From the NCBI GenBank assembly GCA_910577735.1, contig CAJTOO010000015.1, forward strand, positions 16,074 through 80,073: a stretch of DNA of 64,000 nucleotides. The letters run 5' to 3'. The notes beneath the pieces were generated by a model. It saw nothing but the letters and a program-made list of their open reading frames with translations. It did not search any database and was not told the origin of the DNA. The position numbers were made by a program, and so were the translations under genes. This DNA comes from an uncultured Lachnospiraceae bacterium (lineage in GTDB: Bacteria; Bacillota; Clostridia; Lachnospirales; Lachnospiraceae). This document shows, piece after piece, positions 1-9,723 of the stretch (its first letter is position 1; every line of letters begins with the position of its first letter).

Positions 1-1713
1 ACAGACAGTATCATATTATTTATTTTATATGACGGTGAAAAGAAGGAACAGATTTATGAATTTGAAAATATAACAAGTGCTGTTAAATACGGTCTGGAAT
101 ATACTTTTGAAGAAGCTGTTAATGAGATGAACGATATCTATGTGGATGGACAAATCAATGATTTTCTGAATGAAGATTATGCCAATGGATATGCGTTTTA
201 TGCGGCCAGTGTGGAATTATCCAAAAAGTCTTCTTTAAATCTGTTGGGCGGGTATGATATCTCCAATGTTGTCATATATGCTGACAATGATACCATCATC
301 AACGGAGGACATTTTTATCGTTTGTCAGAGGCAGAGAATACAGAGTGGTATCAGGCATACATAGAATCCGGGAAAAATCTGACTTTTGTTTTATATTACA
401 TTGGGAATTCAGATATGTCTGCACTTTCCATGCGGAGAATTTCCCTGGCCAGACATTTGGACTATTTTAAAAAGGAAGGCTGCGAAAAGATTCTCAGACT
501 GGATCTGGATTACAATAAAGTGGCCAGAAAACTGATGTTAGCGAACTATGGATATGGTATTTATATCTGTCAGGGAGACCGCATTATATTTTCTAATGAG
601 GGACATTCCGGCAGTCATGAGGATTTTCATAAACTCACCGGGACAGAACCGGTAGCATATAAAAGTTCCTTTACCATGTATGGACAGGATGTTGACATAT
701 TGATCATGGAACCGGAAAATTCTGTGATCAGGCAATTAGAAAAGCATATGCCGCTGATTATTTTTCTGGTGGTGGCTAATTTATTTTTGCCGGTTATTAT
801 GGTTTCTGCTGTGAATCGATCCTTCACCCAGAGATTGTGGGAACTGGGAACCGCTTTTGACCAGGTGCAGGGAGGCAGCCTGCAGGGGATAGAGAATGTC
901 AGGGGCAAAGATGAGATCGGAATTCTGATGCAGAATTATAACCGTATGGTTAAGAGAATGAACAATCTCATTCAGCGTGTATATAAGGACAGATTAGAAA
1001 GACAAGAGATAGATCTTGCCAGACAGAATGCAGAACTGTTGGCACTACACAGCCAGATTAATCCTCACTTTCTCTTTAACGTACTGGAGAGCATCCGTAT
1101 GCGTTCGGTCATTCAGGGGGAGGATGTGACTGCCCGAATGATAGAAAAGCTGGCTGTATTAGAGCGTCAGAATATTAACTGGGCTTCCGATAACGTAAGA
1201 CTTGCGGAAGAAATGAGCTTTGTGGAGGCATATCTGGAACTGCAGAAATACCGGTTCGGAAACAGATTACATTATGAAATTGACCTGCCGCAGACGTGTG
1301 CGGATTATTATATTCCCAAATTGACATTGACGACCTTTGCAGAGAATGCTTGTGTTCATGGTATGGAGAAAAAGACCTCTGCCTGTTGGATTTATGTGCG
1401 GGTTTATTTGAAGGAATCTTTGCTGTATATAGAAATTGAAGATACGGGAGGCGGTATGGAAGAAGAAGTGGTGGCGAAGATGAACGAGAGCATGCGCTGC
1501 TGTACCATAGAGGATATTAAGGAAAATACACATATTGGAATCCTCAATGCCTGCCTCCGTTTAAAGATGATTTCCAAGGGTAATGTGGAATTCTTTTTAG
1601 AGAGTGAAAAGGGCGTCGGCACTTTTATGACCATCAAGGTGGAAGCAGGTTATTTGCAGACAAAAGAACAGGAAGGACAGTATCATGTTGATGAAAGTGA
1701 TGTTAGTGGATGA
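1..1713 (+). CDS. Sensor histidine kinase, YesM/LytS-like; 5' end cut by the window edge
   Basis: Frame 1 is open from base 1 with no stop before the ATG at 127, so the gene begins upstream of the window. It has a TM segment (LIIFLVVANLFLPVIMVSAV), a HAMP-like linker, the NPHFLFNVLESI motif typical of this kinase class, and a C-terminal GHKL ATPase (EDTGGGM). It overlaps the downstream receiver gene by 29 nt. Confidence 0.9.
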   Translation, partial: TDSIILFILYDGEKKEQIYEFENITSAVKYGLEYTFEEAVNEMNDIYVDGQINDFLNEDYANGYAFYAASVELSKKSSLNLLGGYDISNVVIYADNDTIINGGHFYRLSEAENTEWYQAYIESGKNLTFVLYYIGNSDMSALSMRRISLARHLDYFKKEGCEKILRLDLDYNKVARKLMLANYGYGIYICQGDRIIFSNEGHSGSHEDFHKLTGTEPVAYKSSFTMYGQDVDILIMEPENSVIRQLEKHMPLIIFLVVANLFLPVIMVSAVNRSFTQRLWELGTAFDQVQGGSLQGIENVRGKDEIGILMQNYNRMVKRMNNLIQRVYKDRLERQEIDLARQNAELLALHSQINPHFLFNVLESIRMRSVIQGEDVTARMIEKLAVLERQNINWASDNVRLAEEMSFVEAYLELQKYRFGNRLHYEIDLPQTCADYYIPKLTLTTFAENACVHGMEKKTSACWIYVRVYLKESLLYIEIEDTGGGMEEEVVAKMNESMRCCTIEDIKENTHIGILNACLRLKMISKGNVEFFLESEKGVGTFMTIKVEAGYLQTKEQEGQYHVDESDVSG

Positions 1714-3286
1714 TGAGCCTTTTATATTACAGGGACTATCTGTGATCATTGACTGGGAACAGGAAGGATATGAGATTGTCAGGAAAGCATCTGATGGCCA
1801 GGAGGCACTTGATTATCTGAAAGAAAATGATGTGGATCTGATCATAACGGATATTCGTATGCCGCAGATCAATGGGCTTGAACTGTTGGAGAAAATAAGG
1901 AATGAGAAACTTTCTGAGGCTTATGTCATTATCCTAAGCGGGTACAATGATTTTCAATACGCACAGGCAGCAATCCGTTATTCCTGCATGGACTATATTC
2001 TGAAACCAGTTCAGAAAGAACAGCTTCTTGATAACATCAGACGAGTGACCAGGAAACGGGAGAATATGATCCAGGAGGAAATGGACAGCCAGCGGATGCA
2101 GCGAGGGTACCTGTTACAAAATATGATGGCATTGTTACAAGGCAAGGGAAAAGATGAGAATATATCCTATGTGAAAGAAAATTTCCGTTGCAGCAAGGGA
2201 GTCAGATATATACATATTTGTCTCAATGATTTATCGACACTGGAAGAAATGTCCGATGAGGAAGTGTCAGAACGGAAGGACAAAGTGTATGAACAGGTGT
2301 CCCGCTATCTGAAAGAAGATACAGATCATCTGTTCAAGGATTTCTTTGTCTATGAAGAAGATTATGAGATAGGCCTTGTATATTGTGATTATATGGCAAA
2401 AGAGAGGAATCTTGCGGAAGAAGAATTTATGAGAACACTGCATAAGGCGGCACAGAGCGGCAGTGAAAGTCTGCCGGTGATTTTACTTGCAGGTAAATGG
2501 GTAGAAGATATCACAAAGATTTCCCGTTCCTACAGTTCTGCCTGTGTGCTCCGTTCCTTTAAGGGGTTTCAGGATACGAAAAGCGTCTATTATTATGAAA
2601 AGGAAGTACAGGTAAATCCCTCTAAGACGGTTCTGTGTAAGCAGCCTTTGGATAATCTGGTCCAGGCTGTCAATCAGAATGACGCACTTCTAATCAATAA
2701 GAGTGTGGATGAACTTTTTATGGAGATGGACAGACTGGACAGAACCAGTGAGACGGTGACTATGAATCTTAATTGGCTGATTTTCAGGCTTCTTAATCTG
2801 GCGGCGGAGCAGGATGAATCTGTCAATCAGGACGAAGTGCTTTCCTACATCAGCGGAAGCGTATCCAAAGAGGAAATCATCCGCGGCAGCAGGGCTCATA
2901 TGAGAAAATTTGCCTGTAAATATGCGGAATATCTGGTGCAGCTTAGAAAAAATGTTTCCAGGGGAATCCTCACGGAGATTGAAAATGAGATTAAGGAACA
3001 TTATGCAGAGAATCTGACTTTGCGGGAACTGGGCCAGAAGTATTATATCAACAGTTCTTATCTGGGCCAGATCTTTCGTAAAAGATATGGCCAGTCTTTC
3101 AAGAACTATCTGAATAATTTCAGGATTAAAGAAGCGGCATCCCAGTTGATCCGGACAGATAAAAAGATTGGTCAGATTGCTGAGGATGTGGGATATCGTG
3201 ATCTGGATTATTTTATCAGCCGTTTTATTGAACAGGAGGGGTGTACGCCATCCAGATATCGAAAGAGTGCAAGGGAAGAAGCGTAG
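1685..3286 (+). CDS. Response regulator with CheY receiver plus AraC-type HTH (YesN-like)
   Basis: N-terminal receiver (MLVDDEP, DLIITDIRMP, KP). The C-terminal AraC HTH pair contains LTLRELGQKYYINSSYLGQIFRK and IGQIAEDVGYRDLDYFISRF. An AGGAAGGA RBS lies 8 nt upstream. Confidence 0.92.
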   Translation: MLMKVMLVDDEPFILQGLSVIIDWEQEGYEIVRKASDGQEALDYLKENDVDLIITDIRMPQINGLELLEKIRNEKLSEAYVIILSGYNDFQYAQAAIRYSCMDYILKPVQKEQLLDNIRRVTRKRENMIQEEMDSQRMQRGYLLQNMMALLQGKGKDENISYVKENFRCSKGVRYIHICLNDLSTLEEMSDEEVSERKDKVYEQVSRYLKEDTDHLFKDFFVYEEDYEIGLVYCDYMAKERNLAEEEFMRTLHKAAQSGSESLPVILLAGKWVEDITKISRSYSSACVLRSFKGFQDTKSVYYYEKEVQVNPSKTVLCKQPLDNLVQAVNQNDALLINKSVDELFMEMDRLDRTSETVTMNLNWLIFRLLNLAAEQDESVNQDEVLSYISGSVSKEEIIRGSRAHMRKFACKYAEYLVQLRKNVSRGILTEIENEIKEHYAENLTLRELGQKYYINSSYLGQIFRKRYGQSFKNYLNNFRIKEAASQLIRTDKKIGQIAEDVGYRDLDYFISRFIEQEGCTPSRYRKSAREEA

Positions 3287-3297
3287 AATAGCATAGG

Positions 3298-3340
3298 CCG
3301 GGTAAATTCTAACATGCTAGAATTTATCCGGTTTCTTTAT
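3298..3340 (+). terminator. Rho-independent terminator after the two-component genes
   Basis: Hairpin CCGGGTAAATTCTA / TAGAATTTATCCGG (about 13 bp, one bulge) followed by TTTCTTTAT. Confidence 0.6.
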
Positions 3341-3417
3341 AGACTTTATCGGGTTGAAGGTTTTTATGGATGTAATAAGATAGTATTATCACATAAAATC
3401 AAGAGGGAGGATAAGAA

Positions 3418-5148
3418 ATGAAGTGTAAAAAATTAACAGCGCTTTTATTGACAGCAGCAATGGCAGCATCAGTACTTACCGGCTGCGGCGGCGAAGAGGC
3501 AGCCAGCAGCACAGGGACCTCAGAACCTGCAGAAACGTCGGGGGGGGGGCAAAATGAGACGGCGGCTTCCGGTGAAGACGGCAATAAAGAAATTATTGAT
3601 TTCACGATGTTTATAGCTATGCCTGGTCCGGAGATCAATGACGGTAATGAGATTCAGGAGATCATTGCACAAAAGACCGGCGTAAGAGTTAAAGAGACTT
3701 GGCTCACTGGTCAGACAGCGGCTGAGGCAGTAGGAACGATTATTGCAGGAGGAGAGTATCCTGATTTTATAGACGGCGGCGATGGCCAGATGGCGTTGTA
3801 TGATGCCGGTGCACTGGTTGCCTGGGATGATTATCTTGAGAAACATCCTAAATTAAAAGAAATGTACTCTGATGAGGAGTGGGACAGATTCCGTCAGGCA
3901 GACGGTAAGATTTACTGGGCAAATATTTTCCAGAATACTTATGGTGAGTCTAAGGCAACGACTCACAATGACGAAGCTTTCTGGATTCAGAATAAAGTGC
4001 TTGCCTGGGATAACTATCCGAAGATTGAGACCTTAGACCAGTATTTCGATCTGCTGGAACGTTATGCGGCAGCAAATCCGACCATGGAAGATGGCACAGA
4101 GGTGATTCCTTATACGATTCTCTGTGAGGACTGGAGATACTTCTGTATTGAAAATGCTGGACAGTTCTTAGATGGCTATCCGAATGACGGTTCTGTTATT
4201 GTTAACACAGATACCATGAAGATTGAGGATTATAATACCAGCGAGACAACTGTGAGATACTTCAAGAAACTGAATGAAGAGTATCAGAAGGGCATAATCG
4301 ACCATGAGTTTGCAACACAGACTTATGATGAGTATATTGCTAAACTTTCTACAGGCCGTGTACTTGGTATGTGTGATCAGTGGTGGGATTTCGCCTATAC
4401 AGTAAATGATGTATTTAAGCAGCAGGGTCTTGACCTGCAGGGCTGCAACTATGTTCCTCTTGGCCTTACCATTGATGAGGGCATGGACAATATGTGGCAT
4501 ACTTATGGTGATACGCAGAATGTAGCAAATGGCGTAGCTGTTACCACAAGCTGTAAAGATGTGGATGCGGCTTTCCAGTTCTTAGAGGATTGTCTGGATC
4601 AGGAGATTCATGATCTCAGATTCTGGGGTATTGAAGGTGTGGATTACCTGGTTGATGATGATGGTCTCTTCTACAGAACGGAAGATATGAGAATGCAGTG
4701 TGCTAATACAGAATATAAGGCTTCACACTTATGTACTTATTCTTATCTGCCGCAGTATCTTGGAACCAGCAGGGACGGAAAGAACGCAATGCAGGTTCCA
4801 GAGCAGACATCCGAGTTCTTCAGCGGTCTGGCACAGCCTCTGGTAGATTGTTTTGAGGCATATGGAGTAACCACTTATGTGGAAATGATAGGTTCCGTAG
4901 ATAAAGAGACAGGTCCCTGGTTCCCGATGTATTCTTACTCCAACAACATGACCACAGAGACTCCCGGCGGTGTGGCATGGACCAAGATGGGTGAAATAAA
5001 ACATGAATGGCTGCCGAAGGTGGTTATGTCAGCTTCCTTTGATACCACATGGAACGAGTACATGGAAGCGTATGAAGGTTGTTCCCCGCAGGATTTCCTT
5101 GCAGAGATGCAGACGGAATTAGACCGGAGAGCAGCGGCAGCTCAGTAA
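3418..5148 (+). CDS. Extracellular solute-binding lipoprotein of a sugar ABC importer (LplA-like, large SBP family 1)
   Basis: Signal peptide with lipobox LTGCGG, a Ser/Gly/Glu-rich linker, about 570 aa, a strong RBS (AGAGGGAGG), and position directly upstream of two permease genes. Confidence 0.9.
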   Translation: MKCKKLTALLLTAAMAASVLTGCGGEEAASSTGTSEPAETSGGGQNETAASGEDGNKEIIDFTMFIAMPGPEINDGNEIQEIIAQKTGVRVKETWLTGQTAAEAVGTIIAGGEYPDFIDGGDGQMALYDAGALVAWDDYLEKHPKLKEMYSDEEWDRFRQADGKIYWANIFQNTYGESKATTHNDEAFWIQNKVLAWDNYPKIETLDQYFDLLERYAAANPTMEDGTEVIPYTILCEDWRYFCIENAGQFLDGYPNDGSVIVNTDTMKIEDYNTSETTVRYFKKLNEEYQKGIIDHEFATQTYDEYIAKLSTGRVLGMCDQWWDFAYTVNDVFKQQGLDLQGCNYVPLGLTIDEGMDNMWHTYGDTQNVANGVAVTTSCKDVDAAFQFLEDCLDQEIHDLRFWGIEGVDYLVDDDGLFYRTEDMRMQCANTEYKASHLCTYSYLPQYLGTSRDGKNAMQVPEQTSEFFSGLAQPLVDCFEAYGVTTYVEMIGSVDKETGPWFPMYSYSNNMTTETPGGVAWTKMGEIKHEWLPKVVMSASFDTTWNEYMEAYEGCSPQDFLAEMQTELDRRAAAAQ

Positions 5149-5263
5149 GATCACAGATGCAGTAACCTGAGATTGATAAATGAAGGGGCAGCTATATTGC
5201 TGTAGAAGCTATGTAGCTGTCTCTTTTACTCTGAAAATATCTATGAGCGTAGAGGAGAAGAAT

Positions 5264-6199
5264 ATGAGTTGGGGGAAAAAAAGAGTAAAACAGAAAATTA
5301 CGTGGAAAGAGGTTAAAAGGCAGAAAGTCCTGCTGATCTGGTCGGCATTTTTTGTAGTATACGGTTTTATTTTCTATTATCTTCCGCTAGGCGGATGGAT
5401 TATGGCGTTTCAGAATTATAAGCCCAGAGATGGAATGCTCCATTCCAAATTTATTGGGCTTGACAAATTTAAGTTTTTGTTTGGTGACGCTACTTTTATC
5501 AGGGTTATCAGAAATACATTGGCGATGGGTACAATCAACCTGGTCACTTCCTTTATCATGGCAATTTTGTTTGCCATTTTGTTAAATGAAGTCAGATGTG
5601 TGCTGGGAAAGAAACTGGTACAGACAATTTCTTATCTGCCCCACTTCCTGTCATGGATTATTGTTACCGGTATTTTGCATGATGCTCTGTCGTCTACGGG
5701 AATTATAAATGAAATATTGCTGAAACTGGGCATTGTAGAGTCGCAGATTAATTTCTTTGCACATGAAAGTTATTTCTGGCCTATCGTTGCTTTCTCAAAC
5801 CTCTGGAAAGAGACCGGGTGGAATGCGATTATCTATCTGGCGGCAATCACATCCATTGATCCAAGTCTCTATGAGGCGGCATCCATTGACGGTGCGGGAA
5901 GATGGGCCAAGATTAAATATATTACACTTCCGGGCATTAAACCTACCATTATCATACTGCTTCTGATGAATGTGGGTAATGTCTTAAATGCAGGATTTGA
6001 AGTACAGTATCTGTTAGGTAACGGACTGGTACAGAAAGTATCGCAGACGATTGACATATACGTGTTGAACTGGGGTATCAGCCAGAACGATTATTCACTG
6101 GGTACGGCAGCAGGTATCTTTAAGAGTGCGGTCAGTATTTTCCTGATTGTGCTTGCGAACCGTCTTGCAAAACGATCCGGCGAACAAAGTTTATTCTAG
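5264..6199 (+). CDS. ABC sugar transporter permease (LplB-like)
   Basis: Polytopic membrane protein with the EAA loop YEAASIDGAGRWAKIKYITLPGIKP. I chose ATG 5264 because AGGAGA lies 5 nt upstream. The ORF-track start at 5180 has no RBS. Confidence 0.88.
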   Translation: MSWGKKRVKQKITWKEVKRQKVLLIWSAFFVVYGFIFYYLPLGGWIMAFQNYKPRDGMLHSKFIGLDKFKFLFGDATFIRVIRNTLAMGTINLVTSFIMAILFAILLNEVRCVLGKKLVQTISYLPHFLSWIIVTGILHDALSSTGIINEILLKLGIVESQINFFAHESYFWPIVAFSNLWKETGWNAIIYLAAITSIDPSLYEAASIDGAGRWAKIKYITLPGIKPTIIILLLMNVGNVLNAGFEVQYLLGNGLVQKVSQTIDIYVLNWGISQNDYSLGTAAGIFKSAVSIFLIVLANRLAKRSGEQSLF

Positions 6200-6215
6200 G
6201 GGAGGGAGTGTAAAG

Positions 6216-7100
6216 ATGAAAAGAAAGAAAAGTATTGCTGATTGGATTTTTGTGACATGTAACACCATCTTTATGATATCCTTTGTTATCATTACATTAT
6301 ACCCGGTGTTAAATACCCTGGCGATTTCTCTGAATGACGGTATCGATGCTGTGCGCGGCGGCATCCATTTGATTCCCAGAAAATTTACCTGGCAGAATTA
6401 TTATACGGTATTACATAAGCAGAATATGGTAACTGGCGCCTATATCACTGTGCTGAGGACCATAATCGGAACCTTACTGGCTTTGGTGAGCAATGCATTA
6501 CTGGCGTTTATCGTGAGCAGAAAAAGATTTCTATTTAAATCACAGTTATCTTTGTTCTGGGTTATCACAATGTATGTGAACGGCGGTCTGATTCCTGTAT
6601 TCCTCTTATATAAGAATCTGCATCTGACAGGAACCTTCTGGGTATATGTAGTGCCTGGTGCAGTCAGCGCCTTTAATATGCTGGTGCTGAGGACTTATAT
6701 GATGGGCCTGCCGGATTCGCTGGAAGAATCGGCACAGCTTGACGGGGCAGGTTATATGACAATCTTTGCGAAGATCATTTCTCCCCTTTGCAAGCCGGTC
6801 TATGCGACGGTGGCTCTGTTTGTGGCCGTAGGCCAGTGGAACTCCTGGTTTGATGCCATGCTTTACAATCGTATGTCTGACAAGTATACTACATTACAGT
6901 ATGAGTTGATGAAACTGTTGTCCTCAGTCATGCAGCAAAGCGGCAGTGCCGACAGTATGAGAAACTCGGCAAATTCTATTACTCCTGCGTCAATCAGGGC
7001 GGCGGCAACCATAGCGACTATGCTTCCGATTGTGTGTCTGTATCCGTTCCTGCAGAGGTATTTCGTGACAGGACTGACGATCGGCGGTGTCAAAGAATAG
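6216..7100 (+). CDS. ABC sugar transporter permease (LplC-like)
   Basis: Six predicted TM segments and the EAA loop EESAQLDGAGYMTIFAKIISPLCKP. I chose ATG 6216 after the GGGGAGGGAG RBS. The track start at 6147 overlaps the previous gene. Confidence 0.88.
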   Translation: MKRKKSIADWIFVTCNTIFMISFVIITLYPVLNTLAISLNDGIDAVRGGIHLIPRKFTWQNYYTVLHKQNMVTGAYITVLRTIIGTLLALVSNALLAFIVSRKRFLFKSQLSLFWVITMYVNGGLIPVFLLYKNLHLTGTFWVYVVPGAVSAFNMLVLRTYMMGLPDSLEESAQLDGAGYMTIFAKIISPLCKPVYATVALFVAVGQWNSWFDAMLYNRMSDKYTTLQYELMKLLSSVMQQSGSADSMRNSANSITPASIRAAATIATMLPIVCLYPFLQRYFVTGLTIGGVKE

Positions 7101-7115
7101 TGTGAGAAATGCGAA

Positions 7116-7165
7116 AAGTACTTCTAGGGACGTCTCGTCATAAGACGAGACGCCAAGAAGTACTT
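7116..7165 (+). promoter_or_regulatory. Very stable intercistronic stem-loop between the permease and GH8 genes
   Basis: AAGTACTTCT-AGGGA-CGTCTCGTC (ATAA loop) GACGAGACG-CCA-AGAAGTACTT. A 10-bp outer helix and a 9-bp inner helix plus GG/CC pairs give about 21 bp in total. Confidence 0.6.
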
Positions 7166-7177
7166 AGTTTCGTATAG

Positions 7178-7210
7178 GAGAATGCCTGAAAATGGGCATT
7201 CTCTGTATTT
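7178..7210 (+). terminator. Second hairpin with a T-rich tail; candidate partial terminator or attenuator
   Basis: GAGAATGCC (loop TGAAAATG) GGCATTCTC followed by TGTATTTT. It contains the ORF-track ATG at 7192, which argues against that start. Confidence 0.5.
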
Positions 7211-7242
7211 TAAAAAATAATAGGAAAGGCAGTGTTACAAAG

Positions 7243-8391
7243 ATGCGGTATCGTAATGTTTTTAAAGAGATCGGGATTCCGGAGAAGGAGATTTCAGCGA
7301 GACTTAAGGAGATTGTGCATACCCTTTTCTATGATGAGGAGGAAAAGGTGTATCATCCTGTGGGAGATGATATGGCCTATATTGAGGATACGGGGAATAT
7401 TGATGCGCGTACAGAGGGCATGTCTTATGGTATGATGATGTGTGTGCAATTGGATATGAAAGAGGAATTTGACCGTCTCTGGAAATGGGCGAAGACATAT
7501 ATGTGGATGCAGGACGGGGAGAATGAGGGATATTTTGCCTGGTCCTGCGCCCCTGACGGGTCTAAGAATGCTGACGGACCGGCGCCTGACGGGGAAGAAT
7601 ATTTTGCCCTGGCATTGTTCTTTGCTTCTCACAGATGGGGAGACGGCGAGGGCATTTATTGCTATGAAAAGGAAGCAAGAGAGATTCTGTCTGCCTGTCT
7701 TCATAAAGGAGAAGCGGGACGGGCGGGAGAGCCTATGTGGAACAGGGATAATTATCAGATTCTGTTTGTGCCGGGATCTCCTTTTACAGATCCGTCCTAT
7801 CATCTGCCCCATTTTTATGAGCTGTTTGCGAAATGGGCCAATGAGGAAGACCGGGAATTTTGGGCCAGGGCAGCTAAGGCCAGCAGGGAATATCTGGCTG
7901 CAGCCTGCCACCCGGATACAGGAATGTCGGCAGAGTATGCCAATTTTGACGGTTCGCCGGTGTATACGGAATTTGCGTGGGGACAGCATGGGTACTTCTA
8001 CTCAGATGCTTACCGTACCGCGGCCAATATCGGATTGGATTATAGCTGGAATGAAATAGATGAAGGACAATGTGGGGCAGCTTCTAAACTGCAGCATTTC
8101 CTGGGCGTGACCAGGAGGGAAAATCCTTATATGACGTACCGGATTGACGGCGAAGTGATCGATCAGCCGGCCCTTCATCCTGTGGGAATGCTGGCCGCAA
8201 CAGCCCAGGGAACCCTGGCGCTTTCGGAGAGACTGGATAATGCAGAATTATCAGAGACGGCGCAGCTGGCAATAGAATGGGTGCGGCGTTTTTATAAAGA
8301 GCCGATGCGTAAAGGGGAACGCAGATACTATGATAACTGTCTGTATCTGTTTGCATTTCTGGCCTTGTCAGGAAATTATCGCATCTGGTAA
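7243..8391 (+). CDS. GH8 reducing-end xylose-releasing exo-oligoxylanase (Rex-like)
   Basis: Long stretches match what I remember of Bacillus halodurans Rex8A: YRNVFKE, RTEGMSYGMMM, GYFAWSC, GPAPDGEEYFALALFFASHRWGDG, DPSYHLPHFYELF, RRYYDNCLYLFAFLALSGNYRIW. The start at 7243 (MRYRNVF) matches the Rex N-terminus. Confidence 0.85.
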   Translation: MRYRNVFKEIGIPEKEISARLKEIVHTLFYDEEEKVYHPVGDDMAYIEDTGNIDARTEGMSYGMMMCVQLDMKEEFDRLWKWAKTYMWMQDGENEGYFAWSCAPDGSKNADGPAPDGEEYFALALFFASHRWGDGEGIYCYEKEAREILSACLHKGEAGRAGEPMWNRDNYQILFVPGSPFTDPSYHLPHFYELFAKWANEEDREFWARAAKASREYLAAACHPDTGMSAEYANFDGSPVYTEFAWGQHGYFYSDAYRTAANIGLDYSWNEIDEGQCGAASKLQHFLGVTRRENPYMTYRIDGEVIDQPALHPVGMLAATAQGTLALSERLDNAELSETAQLAIEWVRRFYKEPMRKGERRYYDNCLYLFAFLALSGNYRIW

Positions 8392-8521
8392 ATATGAGAT
8401 ATTTTCTTTTCATAATTTTATATAGATTAAAAGAGGAAATTTGTTGCTATTTTTCGATATTTCTGGCAAAATGGGATAGGAAAGTGTTTCCGCAGAAATT
8501 ATAAGAGAGAAGGGATATATT

Positions 8522-9712
8522 ATGGAAAGAAAAGTCGGAACCGTATCGAGAGGTATTCGCTGTCCTATCATCAGAGAGGGCGACGATCTGGCTAAAATTG
8601 TTGTAGACAGCGTTTTAGAGGCAGCTGAAGCAGAAGGCTTTGCAATTCGGGACAAAGATGTGGTAGCAGTGACGGAGTCTGTTGTGGCAAGAGCACAGGG
8701 TAACTATGCATCGGTGGAAGCGATTGCAGAGGATGTGCGTGCCAAACTTGGCGGCGAGACAATCGGTGTCATTTTCCCGATTTTGTCCAGAAACCGTTTT
8801 GCAATCTGCCTGAGAGGAATCGCTAAAGGGGCTAAGAAAGTAGTACTGATGCTCAGCTATCCCAGTGATGAGGTTGGTAATGAACTGGTTTCCCTGGATA
8901 AACTGGATGAGGCTGGCATCAATCCATACAGTGATGTTTTGACTCTGGAGAAATACAGGGAGTTATTTGGCGAGAATATTCATCCTTTTACGGGCGTTGA
9001 TTATGTGTCTTACTATGGAGAACTGATTAAAGAATCCGGTGCGGATGTGGAGATTATCTTTGCCAATGACTGCCGCAGTATTCTTGCTTATACGAAGAAG
9101 GTCTTGAACTGTGATATTCATACCAGGGCACGCACGAAGAGACTTTTAAAAGCAGCCGGCGCGGAAGTCGTGATGGGAATGGACGATATTCTCACACAGC
9201 CTGTAAATGGCAGCGGCTGTAATGAAAAGTACGGTCTGTTAGGTTCCAATAAATCAACGGAAGATACCATCAAACTCTTCCCCCGTGAATGTACGGATCT
9301 TGTGATGGATATTCAGAAAGAGATTCTGGACAGAACAGGGAAACATGTGGAAGTCATGGTATATGGTGATGGCGCCTTTAAGGATCCGGTAGGAAAGATC
9401 TGGGAGCTTGCAGACCCTTGTGTATCTCCGGCCAGCACACCCGGACTTGAGGGAACGCCCAATGAAGTGAAGTTGAAATATCTGGCAGATAATGACTTTA
9501 AGGATCTGTCCGGTGAGGCGTTGAAAGAAGCTATCTCCAATCGTATCAAAGAGAAGAAAGATAATCTGGTAGGTGATATGGCTTCTCAGGGTACGACACC
9601 CAGAAGACTGACAGATCTGATCGGCTCTTTATGTGACTTGACCAGCGGTTCGGGAGATAAGGGTACACCGGTGATTCTGATTCAGGGTTATTTTGATAAT
9701 TATGTAAGTTAA
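8522..9712 (+). CDS. CofE-like (F420-0:gamma-glutamyl ligase fold) protein of unknown role
   Basis: The N-terminus (GIRCPIIREGDDLAKIV ... VVAVTESVVARAQG) resembles the CofE/F420-ligase family signature. The protein is 396 aa, longer than canonical CofE. It has an RBS and its own 130-nt upstream gap. The ORF is solid but the function is uncertain. Confidence 0.6.
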   Translation: MERKVGTVSRGIRCPIIREGDDLAKIVVDSVLEAAEAEGFAIRDKDVVAVTESVVARAQGNYASVEAIAEDVRAKLGGETIGVIFPILSRNRFAICLRGIAKGAKKVVLMLSYPSDEVGNELVSLDKLDEAGINPYSDVLTLEKYRELFGENIHPFTGVDYVSYYGELIKESGADVEIIFANDCRSILAYTKKVLNCDIHTRARTKRLLKAAGAEVVMGMDDILTQPVNGSGCNEKYGLLGSNKSTEDTIKLFPRECTDLVMDIQKEILDRTGKHVEVMVYGDGAFKDPVGKIWELADPCVSPASTPGLEGTPNEVKLKYLADNDFKDLSGEALKEAISNRIKEKKDNLVGDMASQGTTPRRLTDLIGSLCDLTSGSGDKGTPVILIQGYFDNYVS

Positions 9713-9723
9713 AGGAAGAAACT

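Noticed and set aside
7192-7242. The ORF-track start of the GH8 gene at 7192 (MGILCILKNNRKGSVTK...).
   Set aside because: This ATG lies inside the loop and 3' arm of the 7178-7203 hairpin. The remembered Rex8A N-terminus aligns from MRYRNVF (7243). The extension is probably not translated.
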